Shown in pieces: positions 8,249 through 16,863 of a stretch of 64,000 bases of DNA. The stretch spans positions 73,359-137,358 of IMG/VR virus record IMGVR_UViG_3300040801_001158; one strand, given 5' to 3'. Source of the stretch: a virus (lineage: Duplodnaviria > Heunggongvirae > Uroviricota > Caudoviricetes). Below the pieces are notes generated by a model that searched no databases, was not told the origin of the DNA, and was given only the letters and a program-made list of their open reading frames with translations. The translations under genes were made by a program, and so were the position numbers. Each line of letters starts with the position of its first letter. Position 1 is the stretch's first letter.

Positions 8249-8426
8249 GCCGGTGTGGCGAAAATTGGTAAACGCGCATGGGTTGAACCATGTGGGAAAT
8301 TAACAATTACGTGAAAATAATATTTAAGTAGCGTTACAGTGTTATTGGAATTAAAAATCTTTACGACGGTAAAGTAAACATGTTCTGATAACTCCCTTGT
8401 AGGTTCGACTCCTACCGCCGGCACCA
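8249..8426 (+). ncRNA. 178-nt tRNA-like element, possibly a pseudo-tRNA. The acceptor and T-arm are intact, the 5' half resembles tRNA-Ser (TGA) with a 6-nt loop, and there is an insertion of about 110 nt.
   Basis: gccggtg...cgccggc-a-cca; T-arm gtagg-ttcgact-cctac. Confidence 0.3.
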
Positions 8427-8439
8427 AATATTAAACAAT

Positions 8440-8516
8440 GCGTGGGTATGCTAATTGGCAACGCAATGAGACTTAAAATCTCATGTTTGATGGTTCGACT
8501 CCATCTCCACGTACCA
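8440..8516 (+). tRNA. tRNA with Leu anticodon TAA but a short (class-I) variable loop, CCA encoded
   Basis: anticodon arm tgaga-ctTAAaa-tctca, T-arm gatgg-ttcgact-ccatc, discriminator A. Confidence 0.45.
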
Positions 8517-8529
8517 AAATTTTAAAAAT

Positions 8530-8605
8530 GCAGGTGTCGTATAACTGGCTATTACGGTTGTTTTGTAATCAACTTATCGGGGTTCGAGTCCTCGCGTCTG
8601 CACCA
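8530..8605 (+). tRNA. tRNA-Thr (TGT), CCA encoded
   Basis: acceptor gcaggtg/cgtctgc, loop ttTGTaa, T-arm cgggg-ttcgagt-cctcg. Confidence 0.6.
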
Positions 8606-8607
8606 AA

Positions 8608-8683
8608 GCATCTATGGTGAAACAGGATATCACACAATCCTTCTAAGTTTGTATTCTAGGTTCGAGTCCTGGTAGGTGCGCCA
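8608..8683 (+). tRNA. tRNA-Arg (TCT), CCA encoded
   Basis: acceptor gcatcta/taggtgc, D-arm gtga-aacaggata-tcac, anticodon arm caatc-ctTCTaa-gtttg, T-arm ctagg-ttcgagt-cctgg. Confidence 0.6.
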
Positions 8684-8736
8684 TATTCGTTATATATAAT
8701 AAAATTGTAACAACACTTTATAAGAGAACTGTAAAA

Positions 8737-8997
8737 ATGAAAAGTTTTAAAAAATTTAAAGAACCAGTTAATGAAACTAATATTTCTACTTCAGAAAAAC
8801 AGACTTCTGAGTACAAGGTTGCTAAAGAAGCATTTGGGGCGCTCTTAAATGGCTCTCTAAATTCTAACCAATCACTGAAAAACTTTATTACAATAACAAT
8901 GAAAGAGATGAAAGTTAGTAATTATGATTATGAGAAGGTATTAGGTTTTATTCGTAAACTCGGTTATACAGGTAAAATGAACGAGGATAACTTATAG
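8737..8997 (+). CDS. hypothetical protein (86 aa)
   Basis: ORF with ribosome-binding site. Confidence 0.45.
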   Translation: MKSFKKFKEPVNETNISTSEKQTSEYKVAKEAFGALLNGSLNSNQSLKNFITITMKEMKVSNYDYEKVLGFIRKLGYTGKMNEDNL

Positions 8998-9014
8998 TAA
9001 ATGCGCCAAACAAT

Positions 9015-9088
9015 TGCGGGTTACAGTTCTGTTGAACTGACTGGTCTCATAAGCCAGAATAAGGTAGGTTAGATTCCTGCACCCGCAT
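9015..9088 (+). tRNA. tRNA-Met/fMet/Ile2 (CAT), third CAT tRNA; no CCA encoded
   Basis: acceptor tgcgggt/acccgca, D-arm cagt-tctgttga-actg, anticodon arm ctggt-ctCATaa-gccag. Confidence 0.55.
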
Positions 9089-9144
9089 CTTACGAGTTGA
9101 TGTCAAGACTCGAACTATTATAAACAAGTACATAAGGAGAAATT

Positions 9145-9842
9145 ATGTGCTATACAATTTATAAAGTTACAGACAAGATTAATGGCAAGATCTATATAGG
9201 ATCGCATAAGACCAAAGACCTTGATGACAATTATATGGGTTCCGGTAAGTATTTAAAATACTTGCAAGAGAAGCATGGTTTAGAAAATTTTGTTTGTGTT
9301 TGATAGCCCAGTAGATATGTATGCTAAAGAAGCAGAATTAGTTAATGAAGATTTTATTGCTGAACAGAATACTTATAATTTAAAAGTTGGTGGCTATGGC
9401 GGATGGGATTATGTTAATGCAAATTTAACTGACGAACAAATGTCTAATAGAGCAAAACCTGGAAAGGCAAAAATGGATGAAGTTCTTGCTAAAAAATATG
9501 GTAAAAATTGGAGATCTGAACTAGTCAAGAAAGCTAATAAAGCAGCAATGGCATCTGAAAAAATGCAGAATCATTTAAAAAATGCCGATAGAAGTTTAGA
9601 AAATAATGGGATGTTTGGAAAAATCTCACAGCATTGAGTCGAAGAATAAAATGTCTTTGTCTCAGTCAGGTGAACGTAATCGTCAATTTGGTACAATGTG
9701 GATAACGAATGGCACCGAGAATAAGAAAATAAAAAAGATAACCCTCTTCCAAAAGGTTGGAAAAAAGGTAGAAAAATGAAAAAAAATCGACCACACATGA
9801 GTCATTGTTGTTGCAAACATGATAGGATCCTATATATATATT
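9145..9842 (+). pseudogene. decayed GIY-YIG (Seg-like) homing endonuclease gene, broken into at least three frames
   Basis: N-terminal [18 protein letters not shown] is a GIY-YIG motif. After a +1 shift near 9295 the domain continues with ...YNLKVGGYGG. The C-terminal NRQFGTMWITNG...PLPKGWKKGRK module is split by a further shift in an A-run. Confidence 0.55.
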
Positions 9843-9858
9843 GATTAGAAAGTATTAT

Positions 9859-9930
9859 GCACGTGTGACTGAGTGGCTTAAGTGCAGGATTGCAAATCCT
9901 GAGACGGGGGTTCGAATCCCTCCACGTGCT
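9859..9930 (+). tRNA. tRNA-Cys (GCA)
   Basis: palindromic acceptor gcacgtg/cacgtgc, anticodon arm cagga-ttGCAaa-tcctg, T-arm ggggg-ttcgaat-ccctc. Confidence 0.55.
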
Positions 9931-10089
9931 CAAGGAAATCGGGTATAGATTTTCACTGTAGATGCGATGTCTACCTCGGGCTTTATGCGCGTGCTTGATT
10001 GAACAAATAATGAGAAAGTGGATTAATCTGTATCAAGGGCATTAGAGTTAACTAGTACTTAATTACTCAAAGGCCCGGTACTAATTTTT

Positions 10090-10176
10090 AGAAGAATGCC
10101 AGAGCGGACAATTGGGCTTCCCTGCTAAGGAATGCGTCGCTAACGCGGCACGAGGGTTCGAATCCCTCTTCTTCGA
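10090..10176 (+). tRNA. tRNA-Ser (GCT), class II
   Basis: anticodon arm cttcc-ctGCTaa-ggaat, variable hairpin gcg-tcgctaa-cgc, T-arm gaggg-ttcgaat-ccctc. Confidence 0.5.
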
Positions 10177-10189
10177 AAGTTTAAAAAAT

Positions 10190-10265
10190 AGGGGTATAGC
10201 CAAGCGGTCTACGGCCACGGACTTTGAATCCGTTATCGCTGGTTCGAATCCAGCTACCCCTTCCA
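10190..10265 (+). tRNA. tRNA-Gln (TTG), CCA encoded
   Basis: acceptor aggggta/tacccct, anticodon arm acgga-ctTTGaa-tccgt, T-arm gctgg-ttcgaat-ccagc. Confidence 0.7.
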
Positions 10266-10327
10266 ATTTATAAAAGAGGAATTGAAATGTAGAAGAAAAC
10301 AGCAAAACCAACTTTAAGATTATTTAG

Positions 10328-10654
10328 ATGGGCAATGATAAGTTCAATACGGGCTACAGAATATTTACTTTATTCTATAGTCATAAATTGAAATGGGACA
10401 TATACATATTTCATTATACAGAAGGTTCGTATATACCCAAACATAAAGACCCTAATAAATATGGTAAGCATTATCGTTTTAATATTGAGTTAAAGAAACC
10501 TGATAGAGGCGGTAAATTTATCTGTAAGAATGTAGTTTTTAAATGGTGGAGATTCTGTTTATTTAGAGCAGATGCAAACTACCACAAAGTTACAAAAATT
10601 GAAAAAGGTTCACGTTGGGTTCTGAGTTTTGGATTCACAAAAAGCGTTAAATGA
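10328..10654 (+). CDS. hypothetical protein; start uncertain
   Basis: ORF. The leader has no canonical ribosome-binding site, so a later start is likely. Confidence 0.35.
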   Translation: MGNDKFNTGYRIFTLFYSHKLKWDIYIFHYTEGSYIPKHKDPNKYGKHYRFNIELKKPDRGGKFICKNVVFKWWRFCLFRADANYHKVTKIEKGSRWVLSFGFTKSVK

Positions 10655-10711
10655 TTGGCATAGGCTTCTAAAACCAGATTGTCGGCGGTTTGATTCCGCC
10701 ATAACGCACCA
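10644..10711 (+). tRNA. tRNA-like sequence with acceptor, T-arm and CCA but a truncated or aberrant D/anticodon region; possible pseudo-tRNA
   Basis: gcgttaa...ataacgc-a-cca; T-arm ggcgg-tttgatt-ccgcc. Confidence 0.3.
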
Positions 10712-10732
10712 AATAATGAAGGAAATAGAAAT

Positions 10733-11327
10733 GAGTAAAAAGCCACATACGGTTGTATTATTAGATGAAAGCGGTTCGATGAGCGGTGTAAGAGATAGTG
10801 TTATTAATACATTTAACGAATTTGTAAATTCTGTTAGAGATAGTGCTAAGACAGTCTCTTTATATACTTTTGATAGTTCTGGTATTCGCGAAAGATTGAA
10901 AAAAGTACCAGTTAAGGAAGTTCGACAAATAACAACTGATGACTACAATCCACGGGCAATGACTCCGCTGTATGATTCAATGGCAAATGTAATGAATAGA
11001 TTTGACAATTCAGAAAGACCAGTTCAGTTTGTAGTTCATACAGATGGTGCTGAAAATTATTCAAAAGAATATACGTTTAATACTATTGATGCTAAGATTA
11101 AACAAAAGACTAAGGATGGTTGGTTATTTGTATTCTTAGGAGAAGGCCTTGAAGGTCAAGCTACGTTAAAGAATTTTGAAGGCGTAAAAGTTAATTTTAC
11201 TAATAACGCAATGCGTGGGCAGTCAATGGATTTTGTTGCAGGAGCAACAGCTATGTATAGCGATACGGGTAGTACAGATGCTCGGTCTTATACAAAAAAT
11301 GGAACAGACACAATTAGTGTAGATTAA
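10733..11327 (+). CDS. von Willebrand factor A (vWA) domain protein (198 aa)
   Basis: MIDAS motif VVLLDESGSMSG; ribosome-binding site GAAGGAAATAGAAATG. The ORF track starts earlier at 10629, overlapping the tRNA-like element. Confidence 0.5.
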
Positions 11328-11361
11328 GTTTTATTAGAAACACATTAATAATGGGGATATT

Positions 11362-11547
11362 ATGAGCAATAATAGTGAAAGTAGCGGTGGCATAGGTTTT
11401 TTAGGTTTATTAACTATCGTTTTTATAGTTCTTAAATTGACAGAAGTTATCGCATGGTCGTGGTTGTGGGTATTAGCACCTATGTGGATGCCAATCTCTA
11501 TTGGTACCGTGTTGCTAATAATCTGCCTAGCATTAGGCAATAGATAA
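11362..11547 (+). CDS. small membrane protein (61 aa, two hydrophobic segments)
   Basis: GIGFLGLLTIVFIVL...LLIICLALG. Confidence 0.45.
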   Translation: MSNNSESSGGIGFLGLLTIVFIVLKLTEVIAWSWLWVLAPMWMPISIGTVLLIICLALGNR

Positions 11548-11554
11548 GTTTAAT

Positions 11555-11627
11555 AGGGTTATGGTGAAACAGGAGATCATACAATCTTACGAAGTTTGAG
11601 TTTCGGGTTCGAGTCCTGATAACCCTG
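11555..11627 (+). tRNA. tRNA-Arg (ACG); paralogue of the Arg (TCT) tRNA at 8608
   Basis: acceptor agggtta/taaccct, D-arm gtga-aacaggaga-tcat, anticodon arm caatc-ttACGaa-gtttg, T-arm tcggg-ttcgagt-cctga. Confidence 0.6.
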
Positions 11628-11628
11628 C

Positions 11629-11703
11629 GCAGAGGTAGCTGAGATGGATTAGTCGTGGATTGAAAATCCACAGAGGTCGGATCGTTACCGACCCTCTGCA
11701 CCA
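11629..11703 (+). tRNA. tRNA-Phe (GAA), CCA encoded; abuts the previous tRNA
   Basis: acceptor gcagagg/cctctgc, anticodon arm gtgga-ttGAAaa-tccac, T-arm gtcgg-atcgtta-ccgac. Confidence 0.65.
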
Positions 11704-11725
11704 ATTTTTAAATAAGGAAACAAGA

Positions 11726-11962
11726 ATGATTTTTTGGTTGTTTACAAATATTTTATCAGTAGCTGGAATTTTTTGTACTCTCATCGGAATGCTAACGGTT
11801 TTCCATTGGTTCAAAAGTGCAAAAGCTCCTAATGATTCTAGTAATAGAATCAACAATATTAAATCTTGGTGGATTGGTCTTACTCGACCAGATGTGCTAG
11901 GAAGAAGTTACAAAGCATTTCGTCAAGATGAAATGGATAACATAAAAGATGTAGAAAGATAA
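11726..11962 (+). CDS. small membrane protein (78 aa)
   Basis: aaataaggaaacaagaATG; hydrophobic N-terminus MIFWLFTNILSVAGIFCTLIGML. Confidence 0.4.
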   Translation: MIFWLFTNILSVAGIFCTLIGMLTVFHWFKSAKAPNDSSNRINNIKSWWIGLTRPDVLGRSYKAFRQDEMDNIKDVER

Positions 11963-11975
11963 AGTATACTTAGGT

Positions 11976-12048
11976 GTGGTCGTAGCTTAATTGGCAAAGC
12001 TCCCGGTTGTGATTCGGGCAGATGCGGAATCGTTGTCCGTCGGCCACC
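11976..12048 (+). tRNA. tRNA-His (GTG), flanked by a 10-bp inverted repeat tatacttagg/cctaagtata
   Basis: acceptor gtggtcg/cggccac, D-arm gctt-aattggca-aagc, anticodon arm cccgg-ttGTGat-tcggg, T-arm gcgga-atcgttg-tccgt. Confidence 0.6.
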
Positions 12049-12071
12049 CCTAAGTATATTTAAAAAAGTTG

Positions 12072-12100
12072 TTGACATTGTAGTTAAACCTTGATACAAT
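12072..12100 (+). promoter_or_regulatory. early promoter variant with TACAAT at -10
   Basis: ttgacattgtagttaaaccttgatacaat. Confidence 0.45.
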
Positions 12101-12109
12101 AGCTGCATG

Positions 12110-12345
12110 AATTGATAAACCAGTTACGAAGCAAAAGTAGTTCCTATAAACAACTATTCGGACTAATAATCCGAAGCCAATAATTACTACTCGCTTCATA
12201 CTTTAGAGGCAAAGACAGTTCCTATAAAAAAATTATTGTAAATTAAAATACTGTCCGCCTCAAAACTTTAGAGCCAAAAAGAGTTCCTATAAAAACTCAA
12301 CTTATGAAATTACTCTTCGGCTCAATTATTACTTGTAAGGATGAT
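12110..12345 (+). repeat. three tandem units of about 75 nt, each a hairpin with a conserved loop TCCTATAAA(A), in the 5' leader of the 607-aa gene
   Basis: gaggc-aaagacagt...actgtc-cgcctc versus gagcc-aaaaagagt...actctt-cggctc, compensatory. Loops agttcctataaaaa repeated three times. Confidence 0.5.
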
Positions 12346-12350
12346 ATATT

Positions 12351-14174
12351 ATGAAAACAAAAATGAATCAAGATTTGATTGAACTATTTAACATGTTCGT
12401 TTCCGATAATGCAGGAGATCAGAACATACAAACATGTTCAGAAACTGGAATAGTCGTATCAGGCCGTGCAAGTAAAAAACAATTTACACAAGTTAAAGCA
12501 TATGCTAGTAAAGGTAAGCTTTCGGGTGAGCAACTGAATAAGACTTTTTATGCTTCTTTTGCTGACGTTACAAACAAATCTCGTGATGAGTTATTTCTTG
12601 ACCAAGTGTTACATTATGCGACCACTTATGGCCAATTAATTCCAGGATATGTTTATGTGCCAGCCGAAGCAGTTGATCGTAAACTGCCTAAAGAAAAATT
12701 AACACTATTCGTCTTAGCAGGTGTTGATGAATCTGAAGCAATTAAACGCGCATCTGCTATGCTAACATCTGGTATTGCACTAAATAAAGAAACAATGGAA
12801 ACATTGGTTGAAATCTTAGAATATTTTAACTTTGACTTTAGTAGTGTTGAAATTAAGAATAAAGAAGCAATTGTTTATCTTGCTGCAAATAAAGACATAA
12901 TGCCAACAAAAGCAGAAGACTTTTTAAGATTTGTTATATACAAGGCTACTGGTAGTACTCTATTAATTAAAGATAGAAATAACATACGTGCCATAAAGGC
13001 AATTGATTTTTCAGGTATGCTGCAGTCTTATGTTGCAAAGAATGGTTATCAACCTTTAGCAGAAGTTTTTAATCGCTTTAAGCCATTGTTTATTAAGATG
13101 AAAAATAATAAATCTGCAAAGATAATTAATAAAATCGCAAAGCTTAGTAAAAAGTTACATAAACCATTGCCAGTAAATGCACTATCCGAAGTCACTCAAC
13201 GTGCCTTAACAGACGATGATACACATTGGTTGAAGAACGCAACAACATTTGCTTTATTAAAAGCAACGGATGCATGTTTTAAAGCTCGTGCAGAATTTAA
13301 CTCAGATGCACCAACTGCTCGTCTTTACACTATTAGAAATGGTCGCGTGTTTGCGAAGAAAACGAACAGAACAAAGAAAATTCCTTATGGGAATAACATT
13401 ACGCGTATTGCTGTTGAGCTTGAGTCACGCGTAAACGGTAAAGGCAAAACTGTATATATTCCTGAAGATATTGACTATGCATTACCAACGAGTGAAAAAA
13501 TGTTTATTGGTAACATTCCGGTGTTTACCAAGTTTCAAAACAAAATGCTTAATGTTGGTATGTACTGGGAAAACAATATGGGTGCTAGCGACCTTGACTT
13601 GTCATCAATTAGTATTACTGGTGACAAGATTGGTTGGAATTCAGGCTACTCTAATGAAGGTATAATTTATTCTGGTGACCAAAGGTACGCGGATAATGGG
13701 GCGACTGAGTATTTGAATATATCAACAGGATGTGGAGATAACATTGTATATTTAAACGTGTACTCTGGTGATTCTAATTCTGAGTATGATTTAATTATCG
13801 GTAAAGCAAAGAATAAAAGAGCAATTAAAACATACATGCAAGATCCAAAAAACGTAATGGTTTCGGGTCGTAGAAAAACCCAAGGAGGAAGCTCAATACT
13901 TGGATTGGTGAGTGAGACTGAAAGTGGTGTTCAGTTTATTCCGGTTGATTATAACGTTGGTCAAAACGCAGTATCCGGGTATAAAGATTATACATCTACG
14001 ATGATCACTGCAATGAAGTTTAGCGCTGAAAATCGCTTAAGCTTGCATGATGTTCTATCTTCACTTGGATATAATGTAGTAAGAACAAAGACTAATGAAG
14101 TTGATGTTGATTTATCAATAGAGAATCTTTCTAAAGATACAATCATTAATCTTTTAACGGAAAATAAAAAATAG
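12351..14174 (+). CDS. hypothetical large protein (607 aa), unrecognised
   Basis: Long ORF with ribosome-binding site aaggatgatatattATG. Confidence 0.55.
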   Translation: MKTKMNQDLIELFNMFVSDNAGDQNIQTCSETGIVVSGRASKKQFTQVKAYASKGKLSGEQLNKTFYASFADVTNKSRDELFLDQVLHYATTYGQLIPGYVYVPAEAVDRKLPKEKLTLFVLAGVDESEAIKRASAMLTSGIALNKETMETLVEILEYFNFDFSSVEIKNKEAIVYLAANKDIMPTKAEDFLRFVIYKATGSTLLIKDRNNIRAIKAIDFSGMLQSYVAKNGYQPLAEVFNRFKPLFIKMKNNKSAKIINKIAKLSKKLHKPLPVNALSEVTQRALTDDDTHWLKNATTFALLKATDACFKARAEFNSDAPTARLYTIRNGRVFAKKTNRTKKIPYGNNITRIAVELESRVNGKGKTVYIPEDIDYALPTSEKMFIGNIPVFTKFQNKMLNVGMYWENNMGASDLDLSSISITGDKIGWNSGYSNEGIIYSGDQRYADNGATEYLNISTGCGDNIVYLNVYSGDSNSEYDLIIGKAKNKRAIKTYMQDPKNVMVSGRRKTQGGSSILGLVSETESGVQFIPVDYNVGQNAVSGYKDYTSTMITAMKFSAENRLSLHDVLSSLGYNVVRTKTNEVDVDLSIENLSKDTIINLLTENKK

Positions 14175-14246
14175 ATCTGTAGCTGAGGGGATTAGCACTG
14201 CTTTTACACGGCAGATACGGCGGTTCGATTCCGCCCAGATCTACCA
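14173..14246 (+). tRNA. tRNA-Val (TAC), CCA encoded
   Basis: acceptor agatctg/cagatct, D-arm gct-gaggggatt-agc, anticodon arm ctgct-ttTACac-ggcag, T-arm ggcgg-ttcgatt-ccgcc. Confidence 0.65.
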
Positions 14247-14261
14247 TTTTTTGCAACTATA

Positions 14262-14738
14262 ATGAGAAGAAAAATCATGTTAAATTTAGAAGAGGTAATA
14301 CAATTTGTAAATAGTCAGGGTCCTAAAACTACTGTACACATTGGTTGTGACTCAGAAAGAGTTTCACGTCAGAAAGGTATGGTTGATTACAACTTAGTAG
14401 TCGTAGTTCACTTGGATGGTTCAAAAGGTTGTAAGATCTTTGGTGAAACCATTCGTGAAAGAGACTACGATCATAATAGGAAAAGGCCTTCAATGCGATT
14501 AATGAATGAAGTTATGAAAGCTTCAGAATTATATCTGAAATTGGCTCCTGAAATTATTGAGTACGAAACTTTTGTACACTTGGATATTAATCCAAATCCT
14601 AACGCTGGATCATCATGTGTGGTCACTCAGGCAATAGGATACATCAAAGGTACGTGCCAAATTGAACCTCTTGTAAAACCAAATGCATGGGCTGCAAGTT
14701 CAGCTGCAGATTGCTTTAAAAAAGTTGTGGGATTATAA
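14262..14738 (+). CDS. hypothetical protein (158 aa)
   Basis: ORF. Confidence 0.45.
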   Translation: MRRKIMLNLEEVIQFVNSQGPKTTVHIGCDSERVSRQKGMVDYNLVVVVHLDGSKGCKIFGETIRERDYDHNRKRPSMRLMNEVMKASELYLKLAPEIIEYETFVHLDINPNPNAGSSCVVTQAIGYIKGTCQIEPLVKPNAWAASSAADCFKKVVGL

Positions 14739-14754
14739 ATAACTAAAATAATTA

Positions 14755-14783
14755 TTGACATTTTGTTTTGATTATGTTATAAT
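14755..14783 (+). promoter_or_regulatory. early promoter-leader cassette
   Basis: ttgacattttgttttgattatgttataatagtctcataagttaataaaggaa. Confidence 0.55.
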
Positions 14784-14812
14784 AGTCTCATAAGTTAATA
14801 AAGGAATGCAAA

Positions 14813-15088
14813 TTGAAAACATTACGAGAATTTGTAAACTCAGATAAATTGCCAAAAGCCAAAGATAATAAAGATGGTACTTTTAGTTTTGGCCGAGGTG
14901 AAAAATATATTGTTACTGACTATTATGAAGGTACCAAAAATATAACTAAAGGTGTTGACTTGGTTGCCAAATACGTTAAGAGATATAACACTTACGATTC
15001 TTTTAAACGATATGAAGAACTGCAATATGATATTAAACAAAATAATGTTATGACCGAACGTGATTTTAAAATACAATCAAAGAGATAA
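14813..15088 (+). CDS. hypothetical protein (91 aa), apparent TTG start
   Basis: ORF after the cassette. Confidence 0.4.
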   Translation: MKTLREFVNSDKLPKAKDNKDGTFSFGRGEKYIVTDYYEGTKNITKGVDLVAKYVKRYNTYDSFKRYEELQYDIKQNNVMTERDFKIQSKR

Positions 15089-15133
15089 CTGCAATATCTC
15101 TATATTGTTCGGTGAAAATCTTATTAAACGAAT

Positions 15134-15210
15134 AGGGGTGTAGCTCCAATTGGTAGAGCGGCGCACTCCAAATGCGACGGTTGGGAGTTTGAATCTCTCC
15201 ACCCCTGCCA
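15134..15210 (+). tRNA. tRNA-Trp (CCA anticodon), CCA end encoded
   Basis: acceptor aggggtg/cacccct, D-arm gctc-caattggta-gagc, anticodon loop ctCCAaa, T-arm gggag-tttgaat-ctctc. Confidence 0.7.
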
Positions 15211-15217
15211 ATATAAC

Positions 15218-15294
15218 GCGGATGTGATGGAATTGGTATACGTACTAGTTTTAGAAACTAGGTTTTGTAGGTTCGAGTCCTACCATCCGCACCA
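15218..15294 (+). tRNA. tRNA with Leu anticodon TAG but class-I (short variable loop) architecture, CCA encoded
   Basis: acceptor gcggatg/catccgc, anticodon arm ctagt-ttTAGaa-actag, T-arm gtagg-ttcgagt-cctac. Confidence 0.5.
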
Positions 15295-15532
15295 ATTTTA
15301 AAATGGAATTATAATGAATATAGTATTATTATTAATAATCGTAATTGCGTCAACTGTTGTAATAGTTGGTGGACTTCTTGTTTTTATGAGTTCCTTGTTA
15401 GCTGATGGATTTTTAGGCGACGAAGATGATGATAAGGATATACTTTGAATAATATAAACTTTAAACAACCTCTACGTGAAACCACTCCCTTATCAGATAT
15501 TTTATTTAGCGAAAATTTATATTAGGTGATTT

Positions 15533-15898
15533 ATGTTTAAGAAAGAAGACATCAAAATTGATTGTATGAAAGATCCTATTGGGTTAAATACATCATACAA
15601 AGCGCGAGTTATCTTTTCACAAATAATTGAAATAGATGATAATGCGAATGCACAATATGAATTTCACAATGAATCGAAAGAGGTCATCCAAACAACATTA
15701 TACGTTAACTTATTTAACGCTGTATATGGAGAGCACAATGGAGTGCTTACTGATACTATAGAAAGTTTAACACACTTCAAAACAATCCTATTACAAAATT
15801 GGTATAAACCTACCGATCCTTACGAAGAATGCGAAGACTTAATTAAAGTGCAGGAAACTCTAAATAATATTCAAAAACTCATAAAACCACGGTATTGA
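15533..15898 (+). CDS. hypothetical protein (121 aa)
   Basis: ORF. Confidence 0.45.
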   Translation: MFKKEDIKIDCMKDPIGLNTSYKARVIFSQIIEIDDNANAQYEFHNESKEVIQTTLYVNLFNAVYGEHNGVLTDTIESLTHFKTILLQNWYKPTDPYEECEDLIKVQETLNNIQKLIKPRY

Positions 15899-15945
15899 TT
15901 TTTTTATAAATATTACATAATAATTTTTATAATCAAAGGAATAAG

Positions 15946-16341
15946 ATGAAATCATTTAGAGGATTTATAGCTGAAAACCTTTCACGTACCGAAATAGGTA
16001 TCATAGAAAAGTTCGCTGATAAACTCTTCGCTGCTGTTGGTGTTGATGTAGATTTAACAGGAAAACATTTTAGAGATCGTGTTAACGACGAAAGAAATGG
16101 CATGCCAATCACAGTGATTGAAATGATGGCGATGTTTAAGAAAGTCTTCAAACAACACGGTCAAAAAATAGGCGGGATGAAACCTGGCCTTGAAGCAGTA
16201 ATTACTGACTTTAATTCAAACATCAACCTTCCATTTATATTAAAGTATGATAAAAAAAACGACGAGCTTGATATGATCGCGAAGACCATTATGCGCAAAA
16301 AAGACTTTAAGACCAGTACTCAAAAATTGGGAGTAAGATAG
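15946..16341 (+). CDS. hypothetical protein (131 aa)
   Basis: ORF with ribosome-binding site aaaggaataagATG. Confidence 0.45.
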   Translation: MKSFRGFIAENLSRTEIGIIEKFADKLFAAVGVDVDLTGKHFRDRVNDERNGMPITVIEMMAMFKKVFKQHGQKIGGMKPGLEAVITDFNSNINLPFILKYDKKNDELDMIAKTIMRKKDFKTSTQKLGVR

Positions 16342-16863
16342 ATGAAATCTTTCAAAGAAATACTAAACGAAGTAAAGGGTGTTAAAGTTCCTAAGTTCAA
16401 AACATCCGCCGAGATGCTTAAATTCTTATCATCTTTATCTGGTAGTGATAAAGTTTTGGACACAGTTTATGATCCTGATACTGGCGAAGTCTATATGTCA
16501 AAAGGTCAGAATAAAAAACAGGCTGCAAGACAACATTCTACAATGGAGCCACACAATCTTAACAAAGTAAAAGTTAAAAATACTGGTGGCCGAGATGATT
16601 TTACTAAAGACTTTGATGAAATTTACCAATGGGTAGAGCAACCAATATCTAAGATAACAGGCACAAAGGTTGCAGACTATGATACTAGTCTTAGAATTGC
16701 TTCGATGATATCAAGAAAAGATGGTAAGAAAATTGACCAAGATGATATTGATGAAATAGAAATGTGGTTCGAAGATAAGTATGACTTCTTAGATTCAGAA
16801 GGTTTTGAAGCTAGTATTTCCAAGAAAGGCAATCGAGCTGTAGTGTCGATTTCGTTCATCTAA
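16342..16863 (+). CDS. hypothetical protein (173 aa)
   Basis: ORF abutting the previous one. Confidence 0.45.
   Translation: MKSFKEILNEVKGVKVPKFKTSAEMLKFLSSLSGSDKVLDTVYDPDTGEVYMSKGQNKKQAARQHSTMEPHNLNKVKVKNTGGRDDFTKDFDEIYQWVEQPISKITGTKVADYDTSLRIASMISRKDGKKIDQDDIDEIEMWFEDKYDFLDSEGFEASISKKGNRAVVSISFI

Noticed and set aside
12110-12345. CRISPR array
   Set aside because: The units are about 75 nt and their spacers are not unique. The repeats themselves form covarying hairpins. There are no cas genes.
12351-14174. Anaerobic ribonucleotide reductase NrdD (a similar length, 605 aa, in T4)
   Set aside because: No C-terminal glycyl-radical motif (RVCGY) and no Zn-ribbon; the product is left as hypothetical.
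14262-14738. RNase H-like nuclease
   Set aside because: No clear DEDD or catalytic motif alignment by eye.
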